DNA of 64,000 bases from Candidatus Kaiserbacteria bacterium (GCA_028820405.1 JAPPJI010000025.1:609-64608); one strand, 5' to 3'. Shown: positions 49,297-59,601, numbered from the stretch's first letter. Notes: generated from the sequence alone by a model not told the origin. Program-made: numbers and translations.

Positions 49297-52200
49297 CTAC
49301 GCCGCCGGTCGATTCACAAAACGAACCGTGTTTGGATTTGTGTCATCATATCGACCTTCCGGACTCAAACTCTTGCCAAGTACCACCTTTTCAACACCAC
49401 CTTCACGCATAACCGGAACGTTCATACGATTCGACACCATGGACTGCACAAACAGATCAAAGAACGCACTGACATCAACACCGTATGAACTGTATTCAGG
49501 TTCGATGAGAACGGCGGGGTCTTTTCCTTCAGCGTCTCGAACCACCTTCACTGCAGACCGTGACACGCTTGCCTCAAGGATAGGGAGGATATCCGCATTT
49601 TTAATTCCTTCGCGCTTTACCCTGTCCCATCGTTCCTCTGAAAATGCAGTCAGGTCAACCGCATACATGACCTTGCAGTTTGGGTCACCGACAAACCCCA
49701 TCAAACTTTTCGAATTCATGTTCTTCACATCATATTGGAGACAGGAAAGACCGCCCGTCGGATACTTACCAGTACGCCACAGAACACGGGGATCATCGGT
49801 AAAGAGGATGCCGAGTCGGTGCTTTCTTCCGATCTCTGTTCCTTCTTTAAGGACTGATTCAATATTCTCAAGGACATGACCGAATGATCCCGTCTGCGCA
49901 GCATGATCCCCACTTCCCTTCTTCTTTCCGAAATAGTTTTTAAGGCGGTCAATCACTGTCTTGATCGTTTCCTCACTCAGACCGTTCGATATCCTGTTGT
50001 TCGCAATTTTTTCACCGGTTAGTGTGAGCAATTTCAGAATATTCTCGATAACACGAACCTCCTCTCGTTTCTCATAGAACTGCTGACGATTCTTCACTTC
50101 GGTGTCAAAACCGTATCTCTCAAAGAGGTCAGAAGAAAGTGCCGAAGCGTACTGCTGCTCTACCTGCTGAACCGATGCATCAATTGCCTGACGCATACTG
50201 TCGGTGAGTACGGTCATTGAAACCCCTCGCTCGAGGACGTTATACCGTACCTGTATTTCTTTTCTGAGGTCTGCCGGAAGAAACTGTTTAACACGATTGA
50301 CAATATTCTTCATCTTGCTTCCCGGTTTCGTCTCCTCAGAGAGTATCGAAATCCACTGCCTGAGACTTGGAATTGCATGGTATTTGGTAATAGTGTCGAT
50401 TGCATTCGCATCGTTTTGAATACGTTCAAGTGTTTCGGTGATGATGACATCTTTCCCGTCAGGATCTTCCTCTGTTTTTTGCAGTACTGTTTCGATGACG
50501 GTTTGAATATGTTTTTCAGCGACACCCTCGGTATCCGGCACACCCGCATCCTCGTTATATATATGTTTGTCCCGCAACACCGCATCTTGCAGCAAGTGGT
50601 ATATTTTCTCTGACTTCTTCGCTGCCCCGGCAGAAAGTACAACGTCACCGACATCAATAACCTGGTCTGTTTTCCAAAGATTGAGCTGTTCTTCTGAAAG
50701 GTGCCCTATCTGATCTTCAATAATCTCCTGATTCCTTTCGGCGCTGTACCGCCATGACTTCCAGTTCTCTTGACTATCAGTGTGTGCAACAATGTCGGTG
50801 ATATATTTCCGCATGTTTGGAAACTTACCGAGGTAGGTAAAAACTGGCTCAAGATTTCCCCAGGAATCAAAAAGCGTCATTGCCCGATCCGTATCAATAT
50901 CGGGATGCGAGAGTACCCGTTGCACAAACTGACGGGTTGACTCATCAACAAGACGTGCCAGATCCTCAAGATTTTGTGACTCTGACGAGATAAGGTGCTC
51001 TGCAGTAAACGAAGCATCTACCGCCTCTAAGATAGACTGTCGTTCATTCGCATTGCCGTATATCTGTACTGCATTCTCTTTGAGTGATTGTGTTGAGGTG
51101 TCCAAAAAAGCGATGCTGTTAAAAATGTCCATGAGGTGCTCAACGTCCGATTCTGTTTCCAGGGTAACCTGACGCAGTTTCTCGCCCAACACCCGAACGA
51201 CACTTCGATCAGTGTGAAGCACGTCAACGAATGAACGAAAGACTGCATCAGCGGTTTCGGCACGCAATCCGTTTGCAAAAAGGTTTTGAAAAATGTCCAA
51301 CACACGATACTCGCCAGAAATATGGGCAAAGGCAACCATTTGCATGAAGGTTCGCTTTGGTATGTCACGGTATTGATTTCCCCACCGCTTGTACAGAGGA
51401 AATGCAGTAAAATCAAAATCTTTCAGGAGGGCAAATGACTCTGTTGATTTATTTAATACGGCAATTTGATCATCGCTATTGTTGTACAAAAAGTCCATAA
51501 ACTGCACGTCACGCCAATCAATATCTTTCTCGGGCTGATTCTCAAACCAAGCACGAACAAACACCCTGCCCGAATCAGACAACCACTCATTTTCTTCGTT
51601 GAGCAGCTTTCGTATGATTGCATGCCGAACCACAGGATCAAGACGTTTAAACGAAAGCATCTCCGCCAATGCTTCACTTGCATCCATTATCGGTGACTGC
51701 AAGAGAACAAGGAGCGCGGACTCTTGGGCAGGACCAAGACCCCACAAAGAATCGGGGTCGTCTGACTGACCTGATTCATGCACCACCTTCGCGAGATCTT
51801 CAATCACATTACTGATACCGCCAAGCTTTTCATTTGCTTTGCTCAACACCGTCACTGCTTGAAGTCGATCAAGCGACGATGCGTTGGCATCAGTCGCAAT
51901 CCTGCCCTGCTCTTCAAGGGCGTCATCTAGTATCGACTGTGTTTCCCTATTAGCGTTACGAAGATCAATAATGCTCTCCCACTGCCAGTGTGCGACATCA
52001 TCTCTGTATCGTTGCATAAAATGTTCGGAGATGTCCATTCCATTGAAAAATGTGTCAGCAAACTGCTTTACCGACTGATCCTTCCATCGGCTGCTTCGTC
52101 GATAGAAGTAGTCAAGAGCGTCATGCAAGACTGATTGGTATGCACCCATACCCTCTCTCGGAGCAAACGTGGCAACGGCATCTTGAAGTATTGCAGCACC

Positions 52201-52872
52201 GCCATGGTGAACGACATACCCCATCATCTTTTTACGAAGATCGTTTTTAAATGTCTCTCGACTGTTAATAAAGTCCTCAATATCTTCCGTAATACCGAAC
52301 TGTTCCCGCACTATCGCGATACTTTCTTTTGCACTATCAAGCCGATCCTGCGCTGAACCAACCCAGATACGGTCAAAAATGCTCATGATGTGGGTTTTGA
52401 CAAGATCTTCTCCGACATGGGCAAGGTCAGATTCTGACAGGTTAAGAACGTCTTTGCCGTACGAGGCAATATCCGCAGCGGTGTCACCACCGGCATCCCC
52501 AGACATTTCCGGACTTTCAATCGACGGAAGAAAATGTGATTGGAAGAGTGAAACCATGCGTGATGATCCTTCCCCCGCACCGTCACTCTGATGCAGTGTG
52601 GCAGAGAGGAAAAGAAACGTTTCTGCCGCTTCACCCTGCAATGCCTTGATAATCTGTTCCCGATCAACACCACCTCTTCCGGCACCTCTTTCTATCTCCT
52701 CTATCTTCCGTTGCATCTGATCATCCGGTCTCGGCTGATTCCACGGAAACTGACGAATGTCGGAAAAGAGTTCTCGATATGCCTCCTGAACCTCTTCAGA
52801 TGACAATGCATCGTACGCTTCTTCCCTGCGCTCAACCCGCACTCTCTTTGTCTCAAGCCCCCGCATTTTCAT
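49297..52872 (-). CDS. Large (~1190 aa) helical hypothetical protein with a C-terminal SC-motif domain
   Basis: Long uninterrupted ORF; start 6 nt after TATACT; no signal peptide or TM. Confidence 0.85.
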   Translation of the reverse strand: MKMRGLETKRVRVERREEAYDALSSEEVQEAYRELFSDIRQFPWNQPRPDDQMQRKIEEIERGAGRGGVDREQIIKALQGEAAETFLFLSATLHQSDGAGEGSSRMVSLFQSHFLPSIESPEMSGDAGGDTAADIASYGKDVLNLSESDLAHVGEDLVKTHIMSIFDRIWVGSAQDRLDSAKESIAIVREQFGITEDIEDFINSRETFKNDLRKKMMGYVVHHGGAAILQDAVATFAPREGMGAYQSVLHDALDYFYRRSSRWKDQSVKQFADTFFNGMDISEHFMQRYRDDVAHWQWESIIDLRNANRETQSILDDALEEQGRIATDANASSLDRLQAVTVLSKANEKLGGISNVIEDLAKVVHESGQSDDPDSLWGLGPAQESALLVLLQSPIMDASEALAEMLSFKRLDPVVRHAIIRKLLNEENEWLSDSGRVFVRAWFENQPEKDIDWRDVQFMDFLYNNSDDQIAVLNKSTESFALLKDFDFTAFPLYKRWGNQYRDIPKRTFMQMVAFAHISGEYRVLDIFQNLFANGLRAETADAVFRSFVDVLHTDRSVVRVLGEKLRQVTLETESDVEHLMDIFNSIAFLDTSTQSLKENAVQIYGNANERQSILEAVDASFTAEHLISSESQNLEDLARLVDESTRQFVQRVLSHPDIDTDRAMTLFDSWGNLEPVFTYLGKFPNMRKYITDIVAHTDSQENWKSWRYSAERNQEIIEDQIGHLSEEQLNLWKTDQVIDVGDVVLSAGAAKKSEKIYHLLQDAVLRDKHIYNEDAGVPDTEGVAEKHIQTVIETVLQKTEEDPDGKDVIITETLERIQNDANAIDTITKYHAIPSLRQWISILSEETKPGSKMKNIVNRVKQFLPADLRKEIQVRYNVLERGVSMTVLTDSMRQAIDASVQQVEQQYASALSSDLFERYGFDTEVKNRQQFYEKREEVRVIENILKLLTLTGEKIANNRISNGLSEETIKTVIDRLKNYFGKKKGSGDHAAQTGSFGHVLENIESVLKEGTEIGRKHRLGILFTDDPRVLWRTGKYPTGGLSCLQYDVKNMNSKSLMGFVGDPNCKVMYAVDLTAFSEERWDRVKREGIKNADILPILEASVSRSAVKVVRDAEGKDPAVLIEPEYSSYGVDVSAFFDLFVQSMVSNRMNVPVMREGGVEKVVLGKSLSPEGRYDDTNPNTVRFVNRPAA

Positions 52873-52940
52873 GCATGCAGTATATCTCACACCAATAGCG
52901 ACAAACCTTTGGCAAACCCGTGATGTACTACCATGTATCT

Positions 52941-53807
52941 ATGGATGTTGTCTTCCAGATTGTCGCAAACAGTATCATTGCCGGATCTCTCTACACGCTC
53001 ATAGCATCCGGCTTTACACTCACGTACAGCACAACAAAGTTTTTCAACATTACTCACGGCGTTATGACTGCCGTCGGAGCATACACTGTATTTTTTCTCG
53101 GAAAAATACTTGGCATGCCGCTTCTTCTTGCAATCATCGTCGGCGTTCTCTTTGCCGGATTACTCGGGTGGGTGCTCAATTATTTCATTTACCAACCGCT
53201 TCGCAAAAAGAACGCTTCGCAACTCTCTCTCCTTGTCGCATCACTCGGAGCATTCACCGCAATACAGGCCTGCATTTCCCTCGCCTTCTCTTCACAGTTT
53301 CAAACGATCTCTCATACGGCAGTCATGCAAAAAACTTTCTCTATTGTCGGTGCATCCGTGACGCAGATACAATTAATCATCGTCGCCTCTGCCCTCATTT
53401 CGTTTGTCAGCCTCACCTTCTTTCTCAAGAAAACCCGCTTCGGTACCGCCATCCGTGCCGTCAGTGATGACGAAGAAGTCGCAAAAGTTATCGGTATCAA
53501 CACAGACAAGGTTATCGGCATTGCCTTCTTTATCGCATCAGCACTTGCAGGACTTGCCGGTATTCTCATCGGCTTTGACAGTGCAATTGAGCCGACCATG
53601 GGGCTCGCCCTCCTCATGAAGGGGGTAACCGCTTCCATTGTCGGCGGTCTCACCAGCATCTTCGGTGCGGTTGTCGGATCATTCCTTGTCAGCTTTGTTG
53701 AAAACTTCGGTATCTTCTATACCGCCGGCGAATGGCGGGATGCGATTGTGTTCACCCTCCTTATCATCTTCCTCATGTTCCGTCCTAACGGTATCATACG
53801 AACGTAA
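52941..53807 (+). CDS. livH: Branched-chain amino acid ABC transporter permease LivH
   Basis: GSLYTLIASGFTL...FFNITHG, TRFGTAIRAVSDD, IVGGL. Confidence 0.93.
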   Translation: MDVVFQIVANSIIAGSLYTLIASGFTLTYSTTKFFNITHGVMTAVGAYTVFFLGKILGMPLLLAIIVGVLFAGLLGWVLNYFIYQPLRKKNASQLSLLVASLGAFTAIQACISLAFSSQFQTISHTAVMQKTFSIVGASVTQIQLIIVASALISFVSLTFFLKKTRFGTAIRAVSDDEEVAKVIGINTDKVIGIAFFIASALAGLAGILIGFDSAIEPTMGLALLMKGVTASIVGGLTSIFGAVVGSFLVSFVENFGIFYTAGEWRDAIVFTLLIIFLMFRPNGIIRT

Positions 53808-53808
53808 T

Positions 53809-54675
53809 ATGGAATACTTTCTCCACCTCATCACCCTCTTTGCGATATATGCGATTCTCGGATTAAGCTTGAATCTCGTTGTCGGCTACACCGGTCTTCT
53901 GTCAGCGACGCACGCTGCATTTTACGGCATCGGTGCCTACGCTACCGCCCTTCTCCTCACAGTTTCCGGCCTTAACTTCTTTTTCGCTGTCTTTCTCGGC
54001 ATTATCCTGACATCGCTCATCGCACTTTCTATCGGATCGGTGCTGAGTAAGTTTCGGGATGACTACTACGCGCTCGGGTCAATCGGATTCTGCATCATCA
54101 CGTTTTCAATCTTTCTCAATTGGCAAGACCTCACGAGAGGACCGCTCGGCATCTCCGGCATACCGAGACCGGACATCTTCGGTCTCTCGTTCTCATCAAG
54201 CATCCTGTTCGCTCTCCTGGCTCTCATTGCTCTCGGCGTTACATTCCTTGCATGCCGCGGGATTGTCCGATCCTCATTCGGCAGAGTGCTCAAGGCGATA
54301 CGGGAGGATGAAGGTGCCATTCAGGTATTCGGATACCGCACCCACACCTATAAACTGCTCGTGTTTGTTATCAGTGCCGCGATGGCATCAGTTGCAGGGT
54401 CACTCTTCGCCACCTATGTCACCTACATTGACCCCTCCACCTTCACCATCCTCGAGTCGGTGTTCATTCTGGCAATTATCATTCTCGGAGGACTTGCAAA
54501 TCTTCGCGGATCACTGATCGGTGCTCTGATCCTCATACTGATTCCGGAACTCCTCCGCTTTGCAGGATTCCCTGCCGAGATCGCCGGGCAAACACGTGAG
54601 CTCGTATATGGTCTCATGCTTCTCGTACTCATGCTCCGAAGACCGCAGGGACTCCTCGGTGAGTATAAACTGTAA
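53809..54675 (+). CDS. livM: Branched-chain amino acid ABC transporter permease LivM
   Basis: SLNLVVGYTGLLS..HAAFYGIGAY, LTRGPLGI, SSFGRVLKAIREDE, RPQGL. Confidence 0.93.
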   Translation: MEYFLHLITLFAIYAILGLSLNLVVGYTGLLSATHAAFYGIGAYATALLLTVSGLNFFFAVFLGIILTSLIALSIGSVLSKFRDDYYALGSIGFCIITFSIFLNWQDLTRGPLGISGIPRPDIFGLSFSSSILFALLALIALGVTFLACRGIVRSSFGRVLKAIREDEGAIQVFGYRTHTYKLLVFVISAAMASVAGSLFATYVTYIDPSTFTILESVFILAIIILGGLANLRGSLIGALILILIPELLRFAGFPAEIAGQTRELVYGLMLLVLMLRRPQGLLGEYKL

Positions 54676-54676
54676 T

Positions 54677-55429
54677 ATGGAAAAGAAAGATCAAAAGAAA
54701 CCGGCACTTGCGGTTCAGAATCTCACCAAACACTTCAGCGGTGTTCTCGCGATTGACAATCTCTCGCTGAGTATCACACAAGGAGCCATCACAAGCATTG
54801 TCGGCCCGAACGGATCGGGCAAGACCACCCTCATCAACACCCTCTCCGGCATCTTCAAGCCGGAACAAGGAACGATTACGGTGCAAGGCAGAACAGTGCC
54901 GCCCCTTCACCCGCATGATGTCTGGCACCACGGCATCACCAGAACATTTCAAAACACACGGCTCTTTGAACAGATGACCGTTCTCGACAATGTTCTGGTC
55001 GTTCTCACGAAACGATCGGTCATCCCCTCTCTCCTTGAAACAAAGGATGACACGCACTACGATCAGGCAAAACAGGTCCTCGCTGCAACCAATCTCTGGG
55101 AGAAGCGTGATCAGCTCGCTGCCAACCTCTCCTATGGCCAGAGAAAACTGCTGGAAATCGCCCGATCGCTTGCAACCGATGCTGACATCTACCTCTTTGA
55201 CGAACCGTTCGCCGGTCTCTTCCCTAAAATGGTAACCGTTGTGTTTACCATCCTCCGGTCACTCAAACAGGAGGGAAAGACCGTGGTTCTCGTTGAGCAC
55301 GACATGGATCTCATCAGAAAAATAAGTGATCATGTTATTGTTCTGGACAGCGGCACGCTCCTCGCACAGGGATCTCCGGAACAGGTCCTCTCGGAAAAAA
55401 GTGTGGTGGAGGCATACCTCGGTCAATAG
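54677..55429 (+). CDS. livG: Branched-chain amino acid ABC transporter ATPase LivG
   Basis: GPNGSGKTT, GITRTFQ, LSYGQRKLLEIAR, DEPFAG, VEHDM, EAYLG. Confidence 0.93.
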   Translation: MEKKDQKKPALAVQNLTKHFSGVLAIDNLSLSITQGAITSIVGPNGSGKTTLINTLSGIFKPEQGTITVQGRTVPPLHPHDVWHHGITRTFQNTRLFEQMTVLDNVLVVLTKRSVIPSLLETKDDTHYDQAKQVLAATNLWEKRDQLAANLSYGQRKLLEIARSLATDADIYLFDEPFAGLFPKMVTVVFTILRSLKQEGKTVVLVEHDMDLIRKISDHVIVLDSGTLLAQGSPEQVLSEKSVVEAYLGQ

Positions 55430-55430
55430 T

Positions 55431-56150
55431 ATGAAACGGAACCTTCTCAGCCTGTCAGACATCCATGTTCACTATGGCGGCGTGCATGCACTACGCGGTA
55501 TCAACCTCTCACTGCAGGCAGGAGAGGTTGTTGCCCTCATGGGGTCAAACGGTGCGGGGAAGTCAACCATATTAAAAACCATCTTCGGTCTCGTGCCGAT
55601 AACGTCCGGCTCCGTTTGTTGGCGCGGGACATCAACCCTCCCGGTACCGCACGATATGGTGCGAAAAGGTATTTCCTTTGTTCCGCAGGGAAGACGGGTA
55701 TTCGCCAACCTCTCCGTTGAAGAGAATCTGGAAATCGGCGGATTCTCCGTCACCGATCAGGGACTCGTCCGGCAGCGGATCCGTGACGTTATGAACCTCT
55801 TCCCGATTCTGGAAAAGAAGCGAAAAGAGCCTTCCGGAACACTCTCCGGCGGTCAGCAGCAGCTCCTCGCCATTGCACGAGGTCTCATGAGCAACCCACA
55901 GGTACTCCTCCTGGATGAACCGTCACTGGGTCTCTCTCCAAAGGCGGTAAAAGAGGTATTCGAAACGATCAAAACAATGAGCCAAACACAAAAAACTGCC
56001 CTAATGATTGTTGAACACAACATACCGTCACTGCTGCGTATCGCACACCGCGGCTACATCCTGGACAAAGGAACGATTGTTGCCGAAGGAGACGCACAAC
56101 GTCTTGCAAAAGACAGCACGCTTGAGAGAATCTTCACCGGATCATCCTAA
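55431..56150 (+). CDS. livF: Branched-chain amino acid ABC transporter ATPase LivF
   Basis: GSNGAGKST, VPQGRRVF.NLSVEENL, LSGGQQQ, LDEPSLGLSP. Confidence 0.93.
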   Translation: MKRNLLSLSDIHVHYGGVHALRGINLSLQAGEVVALMGSNGAGKSTILKTIFGLVPITSGSVCWRGTSTLPVPHDMVRKGISFVPQGRRVFANLSVEENLEIGGFSVTDQGLVRQRIRDVMNLFPILEKKRKEPSGTLSGGQQQLLAIARGLMSNPQVLLLDEPSLGLSPKAVKEVFETIKTMSQTQKTALMIVEHNIPSLLRIAHRGYILDKGTIVAEGDAQRLAKDSTLERIFTGSS

Positions 56151-56213
56151 ACAAGTGCAAAAAAAAAGATGCTCACTTCCGTGAGCATCTTAACGCGGCA
56201 GCACGCCTCAGTG

Positions 56214-56498
56214 CTACCCGCCGACGAGACTGTTTACCAGCACAATCAGAGTGAAAAGTACGGTGATCATGACAGTGATGACAAAAACATCTCTCCCGTG
56301 CCACCGCTGACATTCTCTGCTGATGCACTCAAGAAGCCACCGCAGGTGACCCTGCTTACCATCAACAAAGTGTCTGATCAGGATTGCCATGGTAATGACA
56401 ATGACGCATATTGCTATGAGCACGATATTTACAACGGCGAGGACGGTAGACATATCCACCATCACGTGCAACCCATTTACTGCAGTCTGATCCGACAT
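56214..56498 (-). CDS. Two-TM orphan membrane protein
   Basis: SD GGGAGG; two hydrophobic helices; terminator at ~56160-56190. Confidence 0.7.
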   Translation of the reverse strand: MSDQTAVNGLHVMVDMSTVLAVVNIVLIAICVIVITMAILIRHFVDGKQGHLRWLLECISRECQRWHGRDVFVITVMITVLFTLIVLVNSLVGG

Positions 56499-56595
56499 TT
56501 ACAACCTCCCCTTGGTTTTATGTACGGGCAAAGATCAGATTTCCCTGCTACCACTATACTCTATGAAATACGGTATTGAAACTGCCGATTTCTCC

Positions 56596-57723
56596 TTAGT
56601 TTGCCGGAACAACAGATCCTCCCTCAACCTTCTTCAGGATAGGACCGATATTCGTGATATCACCGTTGCTGTCAAATGAGTAGGTCCCGATGACCCCCTG
56701 AAAATCAGTCATCTTAGCAAGGTAGTCACGGAGTTTGTCGGGATCTGCCGTGCCGGTCTCGGCAACGGCATTGGCAACAATATGAACAAGATCATATGCT
56801 GCCCCGAGGTAGAACTCTATACTCAGGTCACCATACTGACTGGTGTACGCATCAAGGAACCGCCTCGCTTTTTCATTCTGCGGGTTGAGACCGGGGGAGT
56901 CGAAGACGTACATTCCTTCAACGTGTTCACCTCCCACCTCAAGTGCCTTTGATCCGGAGAGAACGTTTGATCCGTAGAACTGACTTCCGATGCCGAGCTC
57001 TCGTGCCTGCCTCGCAATGGTTGCACCGGCAACTTCTATCTGCGGGTTGATGAAGAGAGCACTCGGGTTTGCCGCTTTCACTTTTGCCAGAATGCTTCGG
57101 AAATCACCGGTCTCAGGAGCATAGTGTTCATCGGCAACAATAGACCCGCCGACATCGGCATATCGAATAGAGAATATGTTGTGGAGTGCCTGTGCATAAT
57201 CAGTCTTCTCGGAGATAATGGCAACGGTGTCATGCTTCTCTGCGATGACATCTGCGACGAAGGCACCACCAGCGTTATCTGACGGACTGTTTCGGAAGAA
57301 ATAGGAGCCGGCACCGGTAAGGTCAGGGCTTGATGCCGACGGCGAGAGAACAACAACACCCCTCTCTTCAGTGATTGGCAGCATTGCTAGCGTCTCACCG
57401 CTGCAGACACCGCCGATGATAACCGACACCTTATCAACATTCGCCAACTTTTGTGCCGCACTCACCGCATCCCGACCGGTACACTTACCGTCCTCGTAAA
57501 TAACCCGTACCTCTCTTCCGTTAATACCACCGCCGTTATTTATTTCATCAACCGCAACATTCACCGCATTTCGAATCGGTTCACCATAACTTGCTGCGTC
57601 ACCGGTAAGCGGACCGACAAATCCTATCGTTACCGGACCTGACTGCCAGCTGCCGGATGACCCGTTGTATAAAAAGGTGACGGCAATGACGAGAATGATG
57701 AGGATGGCAATGAATTTTTTCAT
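56596..57723 (-). CDS. Branched-chain amino acid ABC substrate-binding protein (LivJ/LivK family)
   Basis: IGFVGPLTGDAASYG, INNGGGINGR, GGVCSGET, YFFRNSPSD, AYDLV. Confidence 0.93.
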   Translation of the reverse strand: MKKFIAILIILVIAVTFLYNGSSGSWQSGPVTIGFVGPLTGDAASYGEPIRNAVNVAVDEINNGGGINGREVRVIYEDGKCTGRDAVSAAQKLANVDKVSVIIGGVCSGETLAMLPITEERGVVVLSPSASSPDLTGAGSYFFRNSPSDNAGGAFVADVIAEKHDTVAIISEKTDYAQALHNIFSIRYADVGGSIVADEHYAPETGDFRSILAKVKAANPSALFINPQIEVAGATIARQARELGIGSQFYGSNVLSGSKALEVGGEHVEGMYVFDSPGLNPQNEKARRFLDAYTSQYGDLSIEFYLGAAYDLVHIVANAVAETGTADPDKLRDYLAKMTDFQGVIGTYSFDSNGDITNIGPILKKVEGGSVVPAN

Positions 57724-57785
57724 AGTTCTTGTTATGTGGAATAAACAGGTGCAGTATACCCCACAATTTCTATTGTCGATTGTGC

Positions 57786-57828
57786 AAAAGAAAAGAGAGC
57801 CCCAAGCACATACTGTGCTTGGGGCTCT
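57786..57828 (-). terminator. Intrinsic terminator
   Basis: AGAGCCCCAAGCACA/TGTGCTTGGGGCTCT 15-bp stem plus U-tract. Confidence 0.85.
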
Positions 57829-57876
57829 GTGATTATTCACCTCCACCGTGAGTGCTTACCCGCCACCTCGTCAGAA

Positions 57877-58239
57877 TCAGACTGTTCCGTCCCTTTTCTG
57901 GGGGGCAGAATTGACCAAAACTGAAAGACGGCGACACCCACCATATGGAAGAAGAATACGGTACTGCCTATATACCTGACAAATGTATTTGGTAAATCCT
58001 GGTAGGGAGGACCTTACCAGACCAAGAAGCATTCCAAAAAGAAAGACCCAATAATACAGGATGAGTGGCATGTATGCCATAAGGATTAGCAAACGTCCAA
58101 GAAAAGGAATGGGTGTTCGGTCACTGCCGGCAGAAGTAGATCTGCCTGACAAAAGAAACGTGTAGCACACGAACCCGATCGACAGAATAATATACAACTG
58201 CATTGGTGCATACGGCTTGAGCAGGTCATTAATATCCAT
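57877..58239 (-). CDS. Two-TM orphan membrane protein
   Basis: Two hydrophobic segments; overlaps the stop of the upstream ORF. Confidence 0.55.
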   Translation of the reverse strand: MDINDLLKPYAPMQLYIILSIGFVCYTFLLSGRSTSAGSDRTPIPFLGRLLILMAYMPLILYYWVFLFGMLLGLVRSSLPGFTKYICQVYRQYRILLPYGGCRRLSVLVNSAPQKRDGTV

Positions 58240-58405
58240 CCGTACTCACCCTCTTCCCTCTCTGTTTCCTTGCCCTTTTTTCCGCACGATATGCACGATA
58301 TGCGGGAACATCTTCCTTGATGATAAGAACGATCAGCAAACAGATGGGTGAAATGACAACGGCAGAAACAATCAAGTACATGACCGTCACCAAAATGTCT
58401 TCCAT
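58229..58405 (-). CDS. 58-aa TM peptide with basic tail (MEDILVTVMYLIVSAVVISPICLLIVLIIKEDVPAYRAYRAEKRARKQRGKRVSTDGY)
   Basis: SD AGGAGG; TM followed by a positive cytoplasmic tail. Confidence 0.6.
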   Translation of the reverse strand: MEDILVTVMYLIVSAVVISPICLLIVLIIKEDVPAYRAYRAEKRARKQRGKRVSTDGY

Positions 58406-58590
58406 GGCACTGCACCCTCCTGTAGATTAGTGATAAGTGGGAATGAACGTATCTACCATGAAGTATACCGTATTAAGGTACTCCGTCAGTATGCAAAAAG
58501 AAAGGGGGGCATCGCGGCACTAACACCTTTGAGGCCCCCTTTCATCGTGATATGTTCTGTATAGTACATGTCGCGCTAAGTTTATCATTG

Positions 58591-58662
58591 CTGCCGGACT
58601 AGGACTCGAACCTAGATTAACGGGACCAAAACCCGTCGTCCTACCAATTAGACGATCCGGCA
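58591..58662 (-). tRNA. tRNA-Gln (UUG)
   Basis: TGCCGGA/TCCGGCA acceptor, anticodon arm ACGGG-TT TTG GT-CCCGT, T-arm CTAGG-TTCGAGT-CCTAG. Confidence 0.95.
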
Positions 58663-58672
58663 CTGCTACCTG

Positions 58673-59599
58673 CTAGTCATCAAGATACCGTCGTGTTGAC
58701 AGATAGCTTGAGACAATACCCACGATCACCCCGATCGCAACAAGTGTTACCATCAGAACAAAGAACTGTGAGACGTAGTGGGCAAAGAGTCCGCCACCGC
58801 CAAAGAATCGTTCAACCGCCGGTGACAGCCAATAGGATACTGGGTAGAGGAGGATGAGGGCGACAACCGACCCGAGAAGACCGTAAATTGCTCCCGAGAT
58901 GAGGAACGGTATGCGGACATACCAGTCCTCCGCCCCGATGAGACGCATCACCTTCACCTCCTCCTTTCCAAGATACATGATGAGACGAATAATGTTGAAA
59001 ATGATGAGAAAGGAGATGAAAACAAGGAGGGCAATGATGAGGCGGGAAAAGAAGGTGGTCGTGTCTACCACTGACGAAAGACGGGCGATAATTTCACGGT
59101 TCTGGTAGTAATCAATCTTATCTATCACCGTTGTCGGTCGGTCGGAGAGAACATCCTCGTTCTCCAGAAACCGGGAAATCTTCTCAAAGTCACCTGACTG
59201 CTGTGCCCGTATTGACAGGCGCGGACGAAACGGGTTCGTTTCAAGCACATCGAGCCCCCGCAGAATATCGTGATCGTTCTCGTGCCGTTTTCGATACTCT
59301 TCAAGTGCCGCTTCCTGTGAGACGTAGATGACTTCTTTCACCTGCTCAAGTTCATTGAGCTTGTCATGGAATGCAAAGATCTGATCCTCCGGCGTACCGG
59401 AGATAAAGTAGACGGTCACGTCCACCTTGTCACGCAACTCCTCAGTCACGTCATCCATCACCTGCCCGAACAGAATGGAGAGACCGACAATAAAAAGAGA
59501 TACGGTCATGACGAATATGACAGAAAATGAAACGAACGAATTTCGCACCACGTTAACGAGGCCGAGTCGCATCACCCTTTTTATCTGCACGTACACCAT
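58673..59599 (-). CDS. ftsX: Cell division permease FtsX
   Basis: Four TMs, YVSQEAALEE, IFNIIRL...EEVKVMRLIGA..WYVRIPF. Confidence 0.95.
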   Translation of the reverse strand: MVYVQIKRVMRLGLVNVVRNSFVSFSVIFVMTVSLFIVGLSILFGQVMDDVTEELRDKVDVTVYFISGTPEDQIFAFHDKLNELEQVKEVIYVSQEAALEEYRKRHENDHDILRGLDVLETNPFRPRLSIRAQQSGDFEKISRFLENEDVLSDRPTTVIDKIDYYQNREIIARLSSVVDTTTFFSRLIIALLVFISFLIIFNIIRLIMYLGKEEVKVMRLIGAEDWYVRIPFLISGAIYGLLGSVVALILLYPVSYWLSPAVERFFGGGGLFAHYVSQFFVLMVTLVAIGVIVGIVSSYLSTRRYLDD

Positions 59600-59601
59600 A
59601 T

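Noticed and set aside
49297-58590. Genomic island anchored at tRNA-Gln covering the giant ORF and liv genes
   Set aside because: No att duplication or mobility gene found by eye
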